DNA of 63,992 nt, counting the filler, from Reticulomyxa filosa (Eukaryota > Protista > Foraminifera): the NCBI GenBank assembly GCA_000512085.1. It is 24 parts of 24 records of this genome, joined end to end, with 100 filler letters (N's around TTAATTAATTAA, not from the genome) between each part and the next. Parts side by side here need not be neighbours in the genome. Positions count along the whole stretch, not along the records: positions 62,969 to 63,992 come from ASPP01047101.1; 23 more parts are not named here. One strand, 5' to 3'. A program made the translations under genes and the position numbers. A model generated the notes under the pieces. That model made no database searches. It had not been told where the DNA came from and saw only the letters and a list, made by a program, of their open reading frames with translations. Positions 63,266 to 63,992 of the stretch are shown here, piece by piece (within the stretch, counting starts at the first letter, position 1; each line of letters opens with the position of its first letter).

Positions 63266-63950
63266 GCTATTGTTATTGTTGTCACTGTTATCATCGTTAT
63301 CACTCTTCTCATTATTGTTATCACTATCGTGATGCTGTTCTTTTTTTTCAAAGACTGATGGCAACTCCAATTGAAAATACAAACTCGATTTATTTGGAAG
63401 ATATTCAGTTTTACTTTCCGTCATATCAATGCCATCACTTTTTTTCAGTGGTGTGATTGGCTCAGTTATAAGAGGTTCATTACTGCCATCCCCATGTTGT
63501 TCACCTGCTGTCATCTTCCCATTTTTTTTGTTTCTAACATATTATTCAAAGCATTTTTTACGTGTGTATATGTATAATGTATATTGACTTTACTATTTGG
63601 AGAAGAAAAAACAAAACAAAACAAAACAAAACAAACTTGTCAGAGTTCATGTGCAGCAAAGTGAAATAGACATCTGGCTTATCAACAATGACACCATTGG
63701 TAAGTACAGACTGTGTCAAGTGAGGCTCGTCGAAACGTATCAAAGCCAGGTCTTTTTCTGACAATATGTGATTTGTGAATTCATGTGATACTATTTTCAA
63801 AAATTGCAACAAGTCGGATTGGATACATTCATCTCCCATTTGTTGTGTCGATAGTCGCGGAGCTACACTTACTATGTGTTTCAACACTACCAATGGTTCT
63901 GCTTCATTCATCCCTGTTCTCGATGAATTGCTCTATGTTTATTTTAGATT
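62984..63950 (-). CDS. Hypothetical protein, two internal exons with poly-Asn tract
   Basis: Long open exons flanked by GT/AG introns; AAT microsatellite. Confidence 0.55.
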
Positions 63951-63951
63951 G

Positions 63952-63992
<41 letters not shown>

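Noticed and set aside
63558-63911. Chaperonin (CCT/BBS) call from SVLTNGVIVDK
   Set aside because: A single short motif; the surrounding sequence does not support it.

Overview
This window is not one locus. It is 24 short contigs joined by 23 artificial 100-bp linkers (N44-TTAATTAATTAA-N44), so adjacency across a linker has no biological meaning. Twenty-three contigs are AT-rich eukaryotic DNA, many with short GT-AG introns. Their expanded families (WD40 'MFDTFRSSSKLINTFTGH', Kelch-like, NACHT, TPR, caspase-like, RNF213-like, G-alpha), often as decayed copies, resemble the foraminiferan Reticulomyxa filosa; this is inference from recalled family signatures, not a search. Recognisable genes are a divergent mitochondrial F1-ATPase beta-like gene, a G-alpha, a purple acid phosphatase, an atypical Hsp70 (HSPA14/Ssz1-like), PHD and TLDc proteins, RPC2 with a 26-Ser insert, and a stand-alone SBDS N-domain protein. 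One contig (57571-59249) is bacterial and Rickettsiales-like: an Rpn-type gene end, two translationally coupled ORFs resembling phage ejection proteins (one with a signal peptide and TPR), and an IS5/ISL2 end that truncates the second ORF. The most striking structures are (i) a 1,369-bp inverted duplication placing two identical genes head-to-head, (ii) tandem intron plus non-coding hairpin-exon units upstream of decayed repeat families on two contigs, and (iii) many introns with poly-A instead of a polypyrimidine tract before the AG. No tRNA, rRNA or CRISPR array was found.
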